Shown: one piece after another, positions 1 to 12,800 of the stretch
Position numbering within the stretch: the stretch's first letter is position 1
Layout of the letters: every line of letters starts with the position of its first letter
Assembly: GCF_036321535.1 (NCBI RefSeq)
Contig: NC_087436.1
Span: 92,878,001-92,942,000, forward strand
From: Camelus dromedarius
Taxonomy: Eukaryota
Length of the DNA: 64,000 nt
Direction of reading: 5' to 3'
Program-made: the position numbers and the translations under genes
Notes under the pieces: generated by a model
Database searches by the model: none
What the model was told of the DNA's origin: nothing
The model's input: the letters and a program-made list of their open reading frames with translations, nothing else

Positions 1-2314
1 CATATGATTGGTAAAGAATAAAATATTACTGTTTAAATTTTATAAATATGTATTCATGTATAAATTACTTTTTAAGTTTTTTAAAGCTATTAAATAAATA
101 ATAAATGTTTCAACAACTACCACTGATAACTGATAATCAAGTTTTAAAACTTCATAATGTATTTTAAATGAACAGTAGTTCACTTTATATAAATAAACAA
201 GAAAAACTAATAAAACTGCACAGGCTCACTAGTAAACCTGCACAGCTTATACTATACTACTTACTTTTCTTGGTTAAAAATCAAAATCACAATACTTCAG
301 GGGTCATATACGCTTATGAAATTCTAAGTCTGGAATTCTTTCCTAGGAAAAACTATCTACATTAAGACATCACTAAAATAACTACAAATAAAATGCAGCA
401 ATAAACTAACATGGATAGTTCGGTAGCAGGGCTAAGTAAATTATGTTTATTAGATGGACTCGGTATGCAACTACTTAAGATTGTGATTATGAAAACCATA
501 TAGCAACTTTGAAGAAAGTAGAATATAAAGCTATACCTATCATTAAAACTTCAGATGGGGGAGAAATATATTAAGATGCTAATATTTTTATTCTCCCTCG
601 AAATTGTGTGGTACTGCTCTCATAATAAAAATAACATACATGATTACAAACTTATAATATTGCTATATCCATTTCCCCTAAAATCATGTGATGATCTTTA
701 ACTCTAAATTGAAAAACACACATATTGCAGAAAACATAAATAGGAAAGAATATTCAATGAAAAATAAATTTTCCATCATCCAAGTTAGTTCTTTCTTCAA
801 AGTTACAGCACAGTCTTTAATATATACTTCCAGAAATTTACACAAAATGTTTATAATGACTAACACAAACATAGTGCTCACTTTGTCATTCACTGAATCC
901 ACTTAACGACCCTAGGAGGGAAGTGGCATTATCATACCCACCTTACATATGAAGAAACTGACACAGAAAGAAACGTATATATGCCTTTAAACGTATATAC
1001 CCCAAAATAATTGGGGAGCACCTTACCTAGTTTCCAACAAATTTTAAACGTATTATATCTTGGAGATAATTCCCTTTCACAACACATAACTTATCTCATT
1101 CTTTTTACAGCTTCAGATAGTCCATATTATGCATGCACTATTATGTAACAAGCTCTCTACTAATGAATCTACAACGATCATCCTTTTATCCATCTTTGCA
1201 CATGTGTGCGTGGATATGCAAAATAAACTCATAGACTATGTTCACTTTTAAATACAGAGCTTTACACATTATTGCTAAAAATATAACTTAATAAAGCCTT
1301 CTAATATTAGACTGTGCTTCTCCTATGAAGGGTAATATTTAAGGAACAATCGCTTAAAATTGCTTTTAATTTTATAGTCTGTGTTGTATTCAAGTAACGA
1401 ACTTGAAGCATTACTATCTTTTCTTGTTAGGGAGTGAATAAAACTTTATAACTTTATTTTAATTTTTTAGATAACAATGTGATCCCTCTATTTAAATACT
1501 TTCGGTAAATTCTCATTTCCTTTACAATAATCTTGAAGATTAAAATCACTTTGTTCATAGTAAGTGTTAAATAAAAGATTAAGTACCATAATTGAGTTAA
1601 TATAGCAATACAGTCAAACCTTAGTACTCCAACAAAAAATACACTGCAGTTCCAAAAATGAGGTTTTTCTTTAAGTGTGCATGGCATCTTGGCATTTCAT
1701 TGTAATTCTCTTAAGCTTACTTAAAAGGAGAATAAATTATTGTGCTTATTAAACAGAATCTGGAGGTTTCAGCTATAGACATAAATTATTTCCACATAAA
1801 GAACTAGTTTTGGTAGCTACATTTTAACTTTCACCCAGGTACATGAAACAAATCACAGAACCTCATGTGACCCAAGAAACAAACATGAACAAGAAAGTAA
1901 GAGGGCAAGAGGTTCCTTTTACCAATAAAAATGTTTAAGTGTATGATCAGGATTACAAAAAAAGAGTTAACCTTTAGGGTGAAAATTTTAAAGTAGAATA
2001 ATTGACAAATACAGCTGCATCAAATCCTATACTCAATATTCATGGAATGTTTACTGGAAGGAATCTTGGCAATTACTTATTTCAACAACTTACTAGTCTT
2101 TTAAATGTAGAAAATCAAGGCCTAGAAGACTAAGTTAATGAGTCTTAATTAACAAATCAACCAGAATCCAGCTCCCTAACACCAAGTAAGAAGTCTTTCC
2201 ATTTTATCATTCCAGGACCTTATTTATATACTACCTAGTTTGGAACCCCGTGACTTAAGCATCATGGGGTCATCCTGGAGTTTTCAGAGAAAAATATTAT
2301 TTATAAGAATGATA

Positions 2315-2465
2315 CCTAATTACCTTTAATGAAAAAGAATAAGAATATGGAAACAAATATATGTATGTATATGTATGACTCTGATGTATGAATATATACA
2401 CCAGAGATTGACACACTGTAACTGACTATACTTCAATAAAAAAATTAAATTAACATTAAAAAACA
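2315..2465 (+). mobile_element. Short L1 3'-terminal fragment
   Basis: TACACCAGAGATTGACAC...GACTATACTTCAATAAAAA, the same 3' end as the 27.9 kb L1. TSD AAGAATGATA. Confidence 0.75.
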
Positions 2466-3717
2466 AAGAATGATATAGGTACATTTATGAGGAAATCTAG
2501 AGGAAACTATTACTAGCTTAAAGACTCCTAAAGAAAGGAGTAACTGTCAGGTTAAAAACCTCACTAGTTAACCAAGGCAACGAACATTAAAATGAAATAT
2601 TTCAAAGACAAAAATAAATTTATTACAAATTAATGAGATTATGGAAAACAGGTAATTCAGACATATTAAAGGCCAATTTGGCATGTTTTATTAAATATAA
2701 AAATGCATTTATCTTAGACTCAGCAAAAGTACAGACTAATACAAAAGTATAGACAAGTAAAAAAAAAAAAAAAATTCCTACAGCAACATTTGGAAAAGTA
2801 AAAAGCTGGAAACAAATGGCCGTCAATAGGGGAATGGGTAATAAAATATAGTATACTAATATAATGGAACACTATACAGCCAGAACTGTGAATGTCAATA
2901 TAAATAAACTACAAAAACATACTGTATAAATGAAAAAAGCAAGATGCAGACAATTGATGTATTATGATGCTTCTGATGTAAAAACTAAACAAAGCCCCAT
3001 ACCCATAAAATAATAATATATATTTTCTACCTATCTTAGTAAGTATTTTTAAAAGAATGACATACATGTACACGTATCAACCTCCTTGCCTCTGGGAAGG
3101 AGAGGACAGAATTGCAACTAGGATTCTTAGTCAAGTGATACTTCAGCTTTTATCTATAATGTCCTATTACTTGAGAAACTGAAAACTCAAAAACAATAAT
3201 CTGGACAGAAATGTAGTTTTAAAACTTAAATGCAAGAACATAGACGGAGAGGGCAATACTATCCTAATGTTCTAATTTTTAAAAGGAAGGCTTTCTTTAT
3301 TCACGCATTCCTTCTATAATTAAGATACAAACAAAATATGGAGGTGGTGGCAAGCAACAATTAATACCAGACCCTAATTTTTCAGAATTTTCTCTAGTAT
3401 GGGAAAAATCAATTCAACAATGTCAGAATGGACTAAACTAGCCTTTCCAAGATTGTTTCAAAGGCAGTTATTCTGAAATCAATTTTCAAAATGTTCAATG
3501 ATAAATCACAAGGAATGGTAATTAAGACAAATTCCTAGGTTTACTATAACATCTCAGGCTCTCTACTATCACGTGAAAAGATGACTCTAAATCCATTCAG
3601 CTCTGCTTACAGTATCTATTCAGCAGATTCAAGCAGCTCAAAATGTGACTTTATACATTTATTACGTTCGCTTAGACATCAGCCTCCTACAACAAATGTA
3701 TTTTACTTTATTCTTAC

Positions 3718-3851
3718 CTAAAAAGCATAAAAACTGTAGCAGGCATCAAGAATATTTCATTACAAGCAATGAATTTCAGAATATTCTGTTGATTAGCGCT
3801 TAATTTATCCAAGATGGATCTCAGCAGAGGTAAGCTATTAGAACCTTTTGC
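3718..3851 (-). CDS. TMEM33: TMEM33 coding exon 5 (AKGSNSLPLLRSILDKLSANQQNILKFIACNEIFLMPATVFMLFS)
   Basis: Translated by hand. Acceptor TTTTAG, donor AG|GTAAGA; 134 nt. Later exons (GQGSLLQPF...) were not found in 1-3717, so they lie outside the window. Confidence 0.96.
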
Positions 3852-3895
3852 CTAAAACATAAGAAAACAAACATTAGAAGTAACATAGCATTTCT

Positions 3896-4020
3896 GGGGG
3901 AAGGGTATAGCTCAGTGGTAGAGTGCTTGCTTAGCATGTATGAGGTCTGGATTCAATCCCCAGCACGTCCATTAAAAACAAACAAACAAAAAAAACTATC
4001 TCTCACCTCCAAAAAAAAAA
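3896..4020 (+). mobile_element. tRNA-derived SINE (camelid Vic-1-like)
   Basis: GGGTATAGCTCAGTGGTAGAG A-box head, ATTCAATCCC B-box, A-rich tail. TSD AGAAGTAACA(TA)GCATTT at 3876-3893 and 4021-4036. Confidence 0.88.
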
Positions 4021-4941
4021 AGAAGTAACAGCATTTTTGATCACTCAGTTATTTTCTTTCTTTAGATAAACAGCATATACAATACACAATACAACCAAAA
4101 GATAATTATTTGAATACAATGACATAAAAATTTACAAACTATTTATGGACAAAAGTTAATGTATTTTCCTGCTATAGTCTATTTTCTGTATTTGAAGAGT
4201 TAAAAAGGGAAACAACTTTAATAAAAGGCCCTTTCATTCACAGATGTTGCTTTTCTTATGAAAGATTATAGATTATTTCACAAAAAATTGTGGTTATTTC
4301 TCTTCAAATGCAACAAAATCTGGGTACCCGTAAATACAGTTAAAGTATTTGCAATTCCTTAGTTAATTAAAGGTAGAAATTAAGGAGTCCAATTACTGTG
4401 ACCCAAGAGCTATAGGGATAACGAAAAAGGGACCAAATTTTGGATATTTTAATTCAAATTTCAGTGCATATATAGTCAATCTGCCTGCACACTGAAGTTA
4501 GGCTTAATGATCCAATGATCCAGAAATAAAAAATTTTAGGAAAGTAGCAATTCTGAACATTAGTGTAAAAGAAATTCGGCACACTCTACTTACCTGGTAT
4601 GTTAAAATTACTGACGGAACAAGAGATCTCTGACAACTTACCAAACTCAATAGGTATGACTTTTTTTTTTTTAAATAATGAGATCTATTTCAAACTTCAG
4701 AAATTTCTTCAGGAACTGGGGGATAATTTTAAATACAATCTCTTATCTTAAAAATGTACTATTTTACTGAAAGTTAAACAATAAAAAATTCTAAAACATT
4801 CAAATTACTAGAATAAGTTTGTAAGTAATACAGGAACTTTTTGTGACAAATGCCCAAATGTCTTAGAACTCAAATTTGTGTCAACTATCTGTAAATCCAG
4901 GAGTCAAAAACAAAACCAAAAATCAGAATAGTTCTACTTAC

Positions 4942-5009
4942 ATCAAGGATCTTTTTGGTGTATGTAGCAGCATGAAGCAAAGAGAATAACAAGACTGGGA
5001 AAATACTCA
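4942..5009 (-). CDS. TMEM33: TMEM33 coding exon 4 (MSIFPVLLFSLLHAATYTKKILD)
   Basis: Not in the ORF track; translated by hand. Acceptor TTCCTTAATTGTTTTCTTCAG, donor GAT|GTAAGT; 68 nt; completes the split A|TG codon. Confidence 0.96.
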
Positions 5010-8000
5010 CTGAAGAAAACAATTAAGGAAAACATTTAAAATTCACCAAGCACTTTGCAAAATAGGCTATGATTATGTCCAGCCATACAAATCTGAAATG
5101 GTATCTGTTGAAATGAGTTCAGTGGCTTTTGTTTTACTGATACACTTTATAAAATAAAGTTTACTGGATAAGAATATAAAATATTTGAAACATTTGTTAA
5201 ATGAAATTGAAATCTAGGCCACCTGGAAGCATTAAGTAGAACAGCTTTTAACCCCACAATGGTCATCTCGGACAGAATAATTTAGCCTTCAAATACCAAG
5301 ATAGTCTTTTGTACTGCTTTCATCAGCTCCGTTGCTTAGGAAAGAGTATAGGATGATGGTTGAAAGAGTAGTTCCCAAATTTTCCTCAGTTAAATATCTC
5401 TCATTATTTCTTTCCTACAAGGACCCCATTTTTTTGAGATACTGTTCCTATCAAGCTTTTACAGTTAATGTGTTCTCAATTTGTACAAATAAAAAAGTAT
5501 GTATCTGGTTTTGTATATAGTCAATTGAGAGTCTTTTATCAGTTTAATTACAGACATAAGCAAAGAATCCTTAATATTTAAGTTCTACTGTTTGGCTTAT
5601 GTCATGGATAATAAAAATACACAATTTCATTCAGCTTTTTGAAAAATGGAAATTGCTCAAAAGACTCTACCCCAATTTCTGCTAAGTTGACAACAAAAAA
5701 ATCTCACTTGTCCAGGTTATTTTCATGAAATGATAAGACAGTTAATCATGGATGGCAAAAGCATTTGCCCCAGAAATAGTAGCAATTTCTAAGAAAGAAA
5801 CCATTATATTTTTCTACATCAACTGAAAGCTTGATGTGAGGGAAATGGTGACCACTACAACACAATCTGAGTATCAAATTCATTATGACCATAACTTATC
5901 ATTTAGGATTCCTAATTTCCAACTGGCAAGTAAACACTGACCTATAGCCAAGTATTGTAAGAATCCTAACTCTCTAACATAAAAGTTCTCCAAACTAATA
6001 TCCTGACCAATTCTTCCCTGCCACTCATAAGAATTAAGTAAAATGCCAATTTCCTGAGTAGAGATCATATATATATACACACATACACACCCATATAAAA
6101 GTTTCACAGTTTTTAATGAATCATACTTTTGAAACTGATGAAAGCTACAACCCTCTCTTCTCTAAGGCCACTATAAAACTCTGCTGCTTCTTAAAAAACT
6201 CAATTTAAACTTTGACACATATCCTGTCTTGAAGCCTGATTCAATACAGAAGCAATGTCAGGTAATAAAAACAGAATCCTGAATTCAGAGTCAAGATATC
6301 TGGGTCCCGCTCTTGGCTCTGTCACTAACTTCATTTCTCTAGGTCCAGTTCCATCTTCTGTCAAATGAATTTGCAGCAATCAAAGCTGAGGATTTCTAAT
6401 GAGTCTCACATCTCTAACATTCTATAGTTCATAAATTCTTGATAAGAGATTCATAATTTAGGATTTACTGTTACTTTAAAACTAGGAAATATAAGGGTGA
6501 AAATTCTACAACAGAACAAGGACAATATATCACTTTTGTAAGAGCAAAGATCAGAACATGCCTTTGGGCTTAAGTATATTAACATAATACGCAACCACTT
6601 AGGAATCAGATTAGTATTTCTTGCCAATTAACAGTTAATGTTATTCCCACTGATTACTCCCACACCCCCTCCCTGTAAGAACTTAAACATGAAATCCTTA
6701 ATCTTCAACATTCCCTAAAGATGGGCTAGCAAAAAACGAATTGGATAGAAAATGCAGAGAGCCTGTCTTCACTGTCATGAGTCATTTGGCACCATCTCAG
6801 GATTCACTCAATAAAACTGTGCCAGAGGTCAATACTGATGTATTCAATTTGTTCTACATTAATTATCTAGAAAACACATTTTCTATCATTTCTATTTAAA
6901 GAAATTTTAAGCTACTAAGAGCAGAAACAAGAACCTCTATGTAATTTCCCATTATATCTCAGAAAAGTAAGAATTTTAACATTGGTAATTGTAAAGGACC
7001 TCAAAGGGCATAGCTGACCAAACCAGGTCAATCCAATGATATGCCAAACAAATGTGATTATATCATTTACCGCTGTAGTACAACAATTATCAGTGACTTT
7101 TACCCAAAAATTAACAAATACAAATTATGATGGAGCATTACAGACCCAAGCATGCACTGAAACTTGCAAAACTATTCCTTACATTGTAAACCACAAATTT
7201 AAACAGACTCTCCATGTACTACGTAAGTTGAGCTACCAGCTTCTGTCCAGGTATAGACAGAAACATTTTAAAACTACACTTAAGTGCTACTCACTCAATA
7301 ATCGTAGATTAGGCAGACCTTTTAAGTCAGATAGACCTTGTCAGCATTACTACTTACTTGCTAATGTGATGTCAGACAAGTTATTTCAAACTCTTTGAGC
7401 CTCAATATCCTTATCAATATAATGCTCATGATAATTTTTTTCAGAGTGTTTCAAGGACTAAATATGTCAAGTTTGTATACACTGGCAAAACAGGTGCTCA
7501 AAAAATTTGATAAAAAACTTTAAATTTGATACTTCATGAACATAGAAAATACTATCTAAATAGTGTTAGAGACATATTTTATTGTGCTTTCCATTATGTA
7601 CAGTTGCATAATAAACATTCAAGAACACTTAGGAGCCACACTTCTGAAAATACTATCCTGAGGGATGATTCATGTGGGGGGTGAGGGTGGAGAACAGATT
7701 AAAATGATTACATTTAGGAAACACTGCTAACTCTGTCTCACAACGCACACTACCATATCAAAGGTCTATAGTAAAGAAACCTAACAATGTTTAACCTAGT
7801 GCTTCCCAAACACACTAAATTGCAAAATCCCTTCTCTTCCTTTTTAAGAATATTTATTATCATCCCACAACATAGTTTTGAAATGTGTAAACAAATTTCA
7901 AATGAGTTAATTCTCATTAACTCCAGAGAGTATCTATTTGCCCTTATTTTCTACTCTATCCATAACAAGTACTAATTTCTTTTTATTTTACTGATTAATT

Positions 8001-8487
8001 ATCTCACTCTTTGCATAAATAAGTTATTTCTTGAATTTCCATGTTTCTAGCTTACTGGGAGTTAAAAGAAAGAGCTGAGGATTGGATTTCTTTTTTTAAA
8101 GCAAGACATCTGGGCATTTTCCCAAAGAAGATGTAAATTAAATAAAAGAAAAATAAATATTAAAATAAGTCCTCCATAGACTTATCCTTTGAAGCTGAAT
8201 TTTAAAATATCCATTGCTAATAGAGAAGCTTACGAGAGGCAAGAACAAAGTTCCAAAGTTTAAAATTCCCAAGTTAGCTCTTCAAAATTTAGACTTCACA
8301 TTTTAGAGTCAGAAATTCTTATACTGAATGTATCTGCATTCAAATGAAGCTGCAAACAAACCAACCAACCCAGGCTTCGTGAAACACCCTCATTGCCGAA
8401 TCCTTCCTTTATCAAAAAAAATAATCAGAAGAGATCTCCTATATACTCGGGAGGCAATTTCACTGTTAAAAAGGTACAAAAGGATAC
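5010..8487 (-). other. TMEM33: U12-type (minor spliceosome) GT-AG intron 3 of TMEM33
   Basis: 5' splice site GTATCCTTTT matches RTATCCTTT. Branch site TTCCTTAAT (5030-5022) lies about 13-14 nt from the 3' AG, with no long polypyrimidine tract. Confidence 0.93.
7290..7505. mobile_element. MIR SINE
   Basis: Core-like GACAAGTTATTTCAAACTCTTTGAGCCTCA. Similar MIR fragments at about 900-970, 6270-6420, 24770-24890, 33980-34170, 46590-46740, 51870-51990 and 54610-54750. Confidence 0.6.
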
Positions 8488-8675
8488 TTGTAACAGGGTA
8501 GGAATTGACAAAGATGAGTGAATACAACAGGTAGTGGCAGCTGTCCTCTAGCAAAGCCTGGGCCAGGAACGCTCTGCTTAACTGGAAGTGCGGCAGTCTC
8601 TGGTGCAGCCTCAGAGCGCTAGTCAGAGCATTTGCCAGCAAAGCACGCTGGTAAAAGCTTGCTGCTTCGTGCAAC
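8488..8675 (-). CDS. TMEM33: TMEM33 coding exon 3 (LHEAASFYQRALLANALTSALRLHQRLPHFQLSRAFLAQALLEDSCHYLLYSLIFVNSYPVT)
   Basis: Acceptor TTTGCAG; 188 nt; ends at A|GTATCCTTTT, a U12-type donor. Confidence 0.97.
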
Positions 8676-9204
8676 CTGCAAATTACCAGGGGAGAGGTTA
8701 TCATGAGACACAAACAACTACCATGCCTCTTCCTCCTTTGTGAATTGCATCATAACTGCACAACACCTAAATCTATTCTTGTCAACAGAAAAAAAATTAC
8801 TTGACTCAGCTGTACATTTTTAGAAGCATCCCTTTACAACAATTTTTATTTATCTATTTATTTATTTAGATTAGTATAGTTGATGTAGAATACCCAACTG
8901 AATTTTATAGAGAAGTGATTTTTCCTTTTAAACAGTCAAAAATGCAAAAGAACATGAACTCATCTCATCCCTACATCCATTTTCTTTCAGATTTTCAATG
9001 TGATGTTACTTTTCACAAAGCACATGATATAAAATATTACTTCCAGTTGGTAATATTACTAGGATATTAGTGCCTAAAGGATGAGAGTTGTGTTATATTT
9101 CTCCCTGCATCTCCTGCAGTTTAACAAGTCTGACACCTAAAAGTATTCCATAAAAACTGACTAAACGAGTGAATCTCAAAGGCAGAAACACATATAATAC
9201 ATAC

Positions 9205-9299
9205 CCAAGAAGAGGCAGAACGAACAAAGCAGAGCAGTAAACTGTGAATAAGCGAGAAAGCCACATTGCTGTGTCCAACTTATTGGTCATCATGAATTG
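9205..9299 (-). CDS. TMEM33: TMEM33 coding exon 2 (QFMMTNKLDTAMWLSRLFTVYCSALFVLPLLG)
   Basis: Acceptor TTCAG, donor GG|GTATGT; 95 nt; frame continuous with exons 1 and 3. Confidence 0.97.
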
Positions 9300-10859
9300 C
9301 TGAATTTAAAAAGAAAAATACTGTAGTAAATTAAGCTTGCAAATTATGTTTTTAAGGATGAATACTACATAGTTTTATTCTTACTCAAAAATGGCTTAAT
9401 GTCCCTCTTGCAATTGTTTTTTTTTAAGATCATTACATGAAAACTGTTAGGGACATTGTTTCATGTATGTGCTCAGTAACTAGGCCAAACTCCTTACAGT
9501 TTCGACATGGAAAGCACAGAAAGTACTTATAGAAAAATACCAGCTGACATCTTAAAAAATTTAAAAACTTATTAGGCAAGGAAAATTTGAACATAAACTA
9601 AACTACCATTGTCTATTCCTTCAGCATTTGCAATACTGGCTTCATCTACTTAAAAGAACATTAAATAGGAACTAATTGCTCTCAAGAGGACCATAATTCT
9701 TATTCTTAGAAAAATCTCAAATTCAAACAGGCAAGTCTCAGATCTGAGTAAAAAGGCATCACACAAAGCTAGTTTGGATTAAATCAGCCTTACAAACGAG
9801 AAATGTAAAACCATGGTAACAGTCACCATTGAACTCATTAGCTTATGGATGATTTGCCAACTTAGACACAAGGGCCTGGCATACTGTAGAGGGTCAAAAT
9901 ATGGCTGCCAGGTGTTAATGGCACCTACCTCTCATTTTATGACTTTTTCATCCTCTTGAAGCTCCCTCATAAGACTTACCCTGGTTTCTGTGGCCCTAGA
10001 TTAAACTTCCATATATCACTTTCTTCTCCTCATTCTGTCTTTTCTTTCACTGCATTTTACCAACAGATATGTCCATCATCACTAATAACTTAAAATCTGT
10101 TTTCTCATTCACAATGTATCATATTCAAATTCTAAAGTGGCATTTATATCATTTTTTGATAGAATCTACATAGACAATTTTTACCTCAAGACCCAATACA
10201 GACATGTGTGGGTATATAAACAAAATTTTCACAAAACAATAGTTATATTCACTACATGTGATGGATTTTGGTATTTTGTATTCCATTTAATGTTTTAGAA
10301 ATACTTAGTGTTTCCACTAAAGTGATTTTAAAACTCACTAACAGGTCTTAACCTGGAGTCTAAGACACTACTCAAGGCAATATAACTTAATTATCTTTTT
10401 AAAGAAGACATAAAAAAACTTCTGGGGAAAAAATGCAAGTATATTTAGAAAACCAAGAATTTTAAAATTTAATTTTATCGTATGCTTTCTAATAATATGC
10501 AGGTAATTTCAGATATATGCCTCTGGTTTATTCTATCCCAACCTACTACGCTGTGACTCTTCTAAATTTAAATGATCCGTGGTAGTCAAGTGGAAGGATG
10601 AATATAGCTTTCCATGCTCAGTTTCTCTACAAATATTCAGACTGCATGACAGTCTGCAATTTAATTTTAGAGCATTTTCTTTAAAACCCGTTTGTTTAAG
10701 GTGTTCATTTTGTGATAAATCAGTGAGCTCTGCATTTCATTTTCTACACTTTTATGCGTGTGTACTCTATTACACAATAAAAAAGGTTTAAAAAAGTGTA
10801 TTGGTTTACATTTTAACAGTGAACTGACTAACCATGTTATAAATAGCTCAGGCAAAAAA

Positions 10860-11520
10860 TATTAATGGATCTTGGGGTGAAAAAACTACCGAGGTGAAAA
10901 ATTATTCACACAGTCTCAAAGTATCATGCCATAGAATACTTTTTATTTACAAAGAGAAAAAAGTTATCTTAATAATGGAGAAATCTGGTGGACACCATCG
11001 TAACCAAATGGTCAAACAATATCTCCAATGATGGGATAAACCAACATAAAATGCTTCCTAATAAAAATAATGCACTGAGATGAACAGAGTGTTACTTTTG
11101 TAATATTTCTACCAAAATGTTTAACCTGAATCTAGTCATCAAGGGGAAAAAAAAAAAAAAAATCAAACAACTCCAATCTGAGGAGCATCAGGCCTGGATT
11201 CTTGAAAGATAAAAATGGGAGGACGAGGGCAAGGGAATTGTTCTAGACTAAAAGGGACCAGAGGCCAGTAAACGCAGTGTACACTTTTTGATTAAATCTG
11301 GATAAGGAGGAAGCAGCTTTAAGGGACAATTGACATAATTTGAATATGAACTGTATAGTAGGTAATAACATGTATCAATGTTAAATTTCCCAACTTTAAC
11401 TGCAAAAATTGCTGCAATAACTGCATTGTGGTCATGTAAAAGAATAGTTAAGTACTTATGGGTTAATAATCATCATGATGCATACGACTCTAAAATGGCT
11501 CAGAAAAATAAAGGAAAGAA
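10860..11520 (+). mobile_element. Old L1M (L1MC/ME-like) 3' region
   Basis: AATGGAGAAATCTGGTGGACACC...TGTATCAATGTTAAATTTCC...AAATGGCTCAGAAAA pattern recalled from old L1M 3' ends; boundaries approximate. Confidence 0.6.
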
Positions 11521-11689
11521 AAAAAAAAAAGTGACTCACTCAATTCACATACTTACAGTATTTAAAATTAGAGAGCAATTATGCTTCTGGAACAAATAAC
11601 TAGTAAGCAACAGATCTGCATCTTAAGAATAAAGAATTTAAAAAAGCGTAATACTTGTTTTCTTCGTAAATTTAGTAACGGGGCGGGGA

Positions 11690-12800
11690 GACGCTCTCCT
11701 CCTTTCGCATAATTTCTAATAGCACAAAACGGGCAGAACGGTTCTCTTCCAGCACGCGTGTGCGTAATGAGGCTTGCGTGGAATGAGGCGCATGTCACGA
11801 GACATACTCAAGTGGCATCTTCTACCTTAGGACCCAAGCCAGAGACAGAGTAGTGGGAAGGGACAAGAAGGCCCAATTTCCACCGCACACAGGTGGGCAT
11901 ATAGGTGAGGGCCGCCTGCTCCAAGCCGGCCAGTTGTGGCTTTGGAAACAAACTTTTAGCTCCCTCTAACGTCTTAGCACACGATCGGCCCTTTCCCCAC
12001 CCCCACCCCAATCCCTAATCCCAGTCCTGAAAGCACTGAGCTTCTAGAACGCCTCGGACCCGACCTGCAACACTTCCTGCTCCTTCCTAACTTCCAAGTC
12101 AAGCCAAACGACCCTGCCCTCTCACTTACCACTGCGCCCGCCCCTTGGGGGCCGTTCGGAGCCGTATCCGCCATGGTGGGGGGTGGGCTCACACACGCGT
12201 CTGGGACGCTGCAATCGGAAAAAGAAAGGAGGTCAGCACCGGGGCCCCGAATCCGGGAACCGACTTCTCTGCCTAGTGCCGAAGCCCGCCCCGCCCTGCG
12301 GGGGCTCCGGGCCTCCACAGAGCAAAGGTCTAGCCGCTTCAGTGCAGCGGACTGTCCCACGGGCACCCGCAGTGGCCAGGAAATACCTGTCTGGCACGTC
12401 CAAGAGCAAAGCTGGGTTTCTCGAAAGACCAGAGCGAAGGCAGAGCTTCGGAACAAGGCCCAGTAGGGACGACCTAACGCCGCCGGCTCCGGGTAGTTGC
12501 CGAACCCGGAAGTGCTCGCTTCACTTCCGTGGGGAAGAGGCGGTGGCGTAGCGGGGAAACCCGGAGCGGTGCCCTGAGGCATGACGGGAAGTGTCGTTTT
12601 TCTGGGTTCGGCTTCACTCGTCGTGCACGCCCATCGGCTCATCGGTCAGTTAAAAAGCGAGGCGGGCAAAGCAGCTTTTCTCTCCTCATTAGCTGAAGGA
12701 TGGTCCAGCCTGCCCCGGTCCAAACAGCGAAGTCTCCTTCCTAATATAGAAGCCTCAGAAACATAGTCCTGGCTGTTTTCTTCGAGGGGCTCACGAAGCC
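11690..12800 (-). promoter_or_regulatory. TMEM33: TMEM33 CpG-island promoter / 5' UTR
   Basis: High CpG density around exon 1. ETS/GABP motifs CCGGAAGTG (12506-12514) and CACTTCCG (12522-12529), GC boxes, no obvious TATA box. Confidence 0.88.
12130..12174 (-). CDS. TMEM33: TMEM33 coding exon 1 (MADTAPNGPQGAGAV)
   Basis: ATG at 12174-12172 in good Kozak context (CCCACCATGG). Peptide matches the recalled TMEM33 N-terminus. Followed by donor GTG|GTAAGT; 45 nt, phase 0. Confidence 0.97.

Noticed and set aside
1..3700. TMEM33 exons 6-7
   Set aside because: The expected GQGSLLQPFIYYRF coding sequence was not found, so this region is intron 5.
3896..3970. tRNA gene (tRNA-Ala-like head; also at 18.3, 37.2 and 46.9 kb)
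   Set aside because: Degenerate stems, A-rich tails, TSDs and multiple diverged copies mark these as SINEs.
12232..12252. REST/RE1 site (TCAGCACC)
   Set aside because: Only the left half matches; the GGACAG half is missing.
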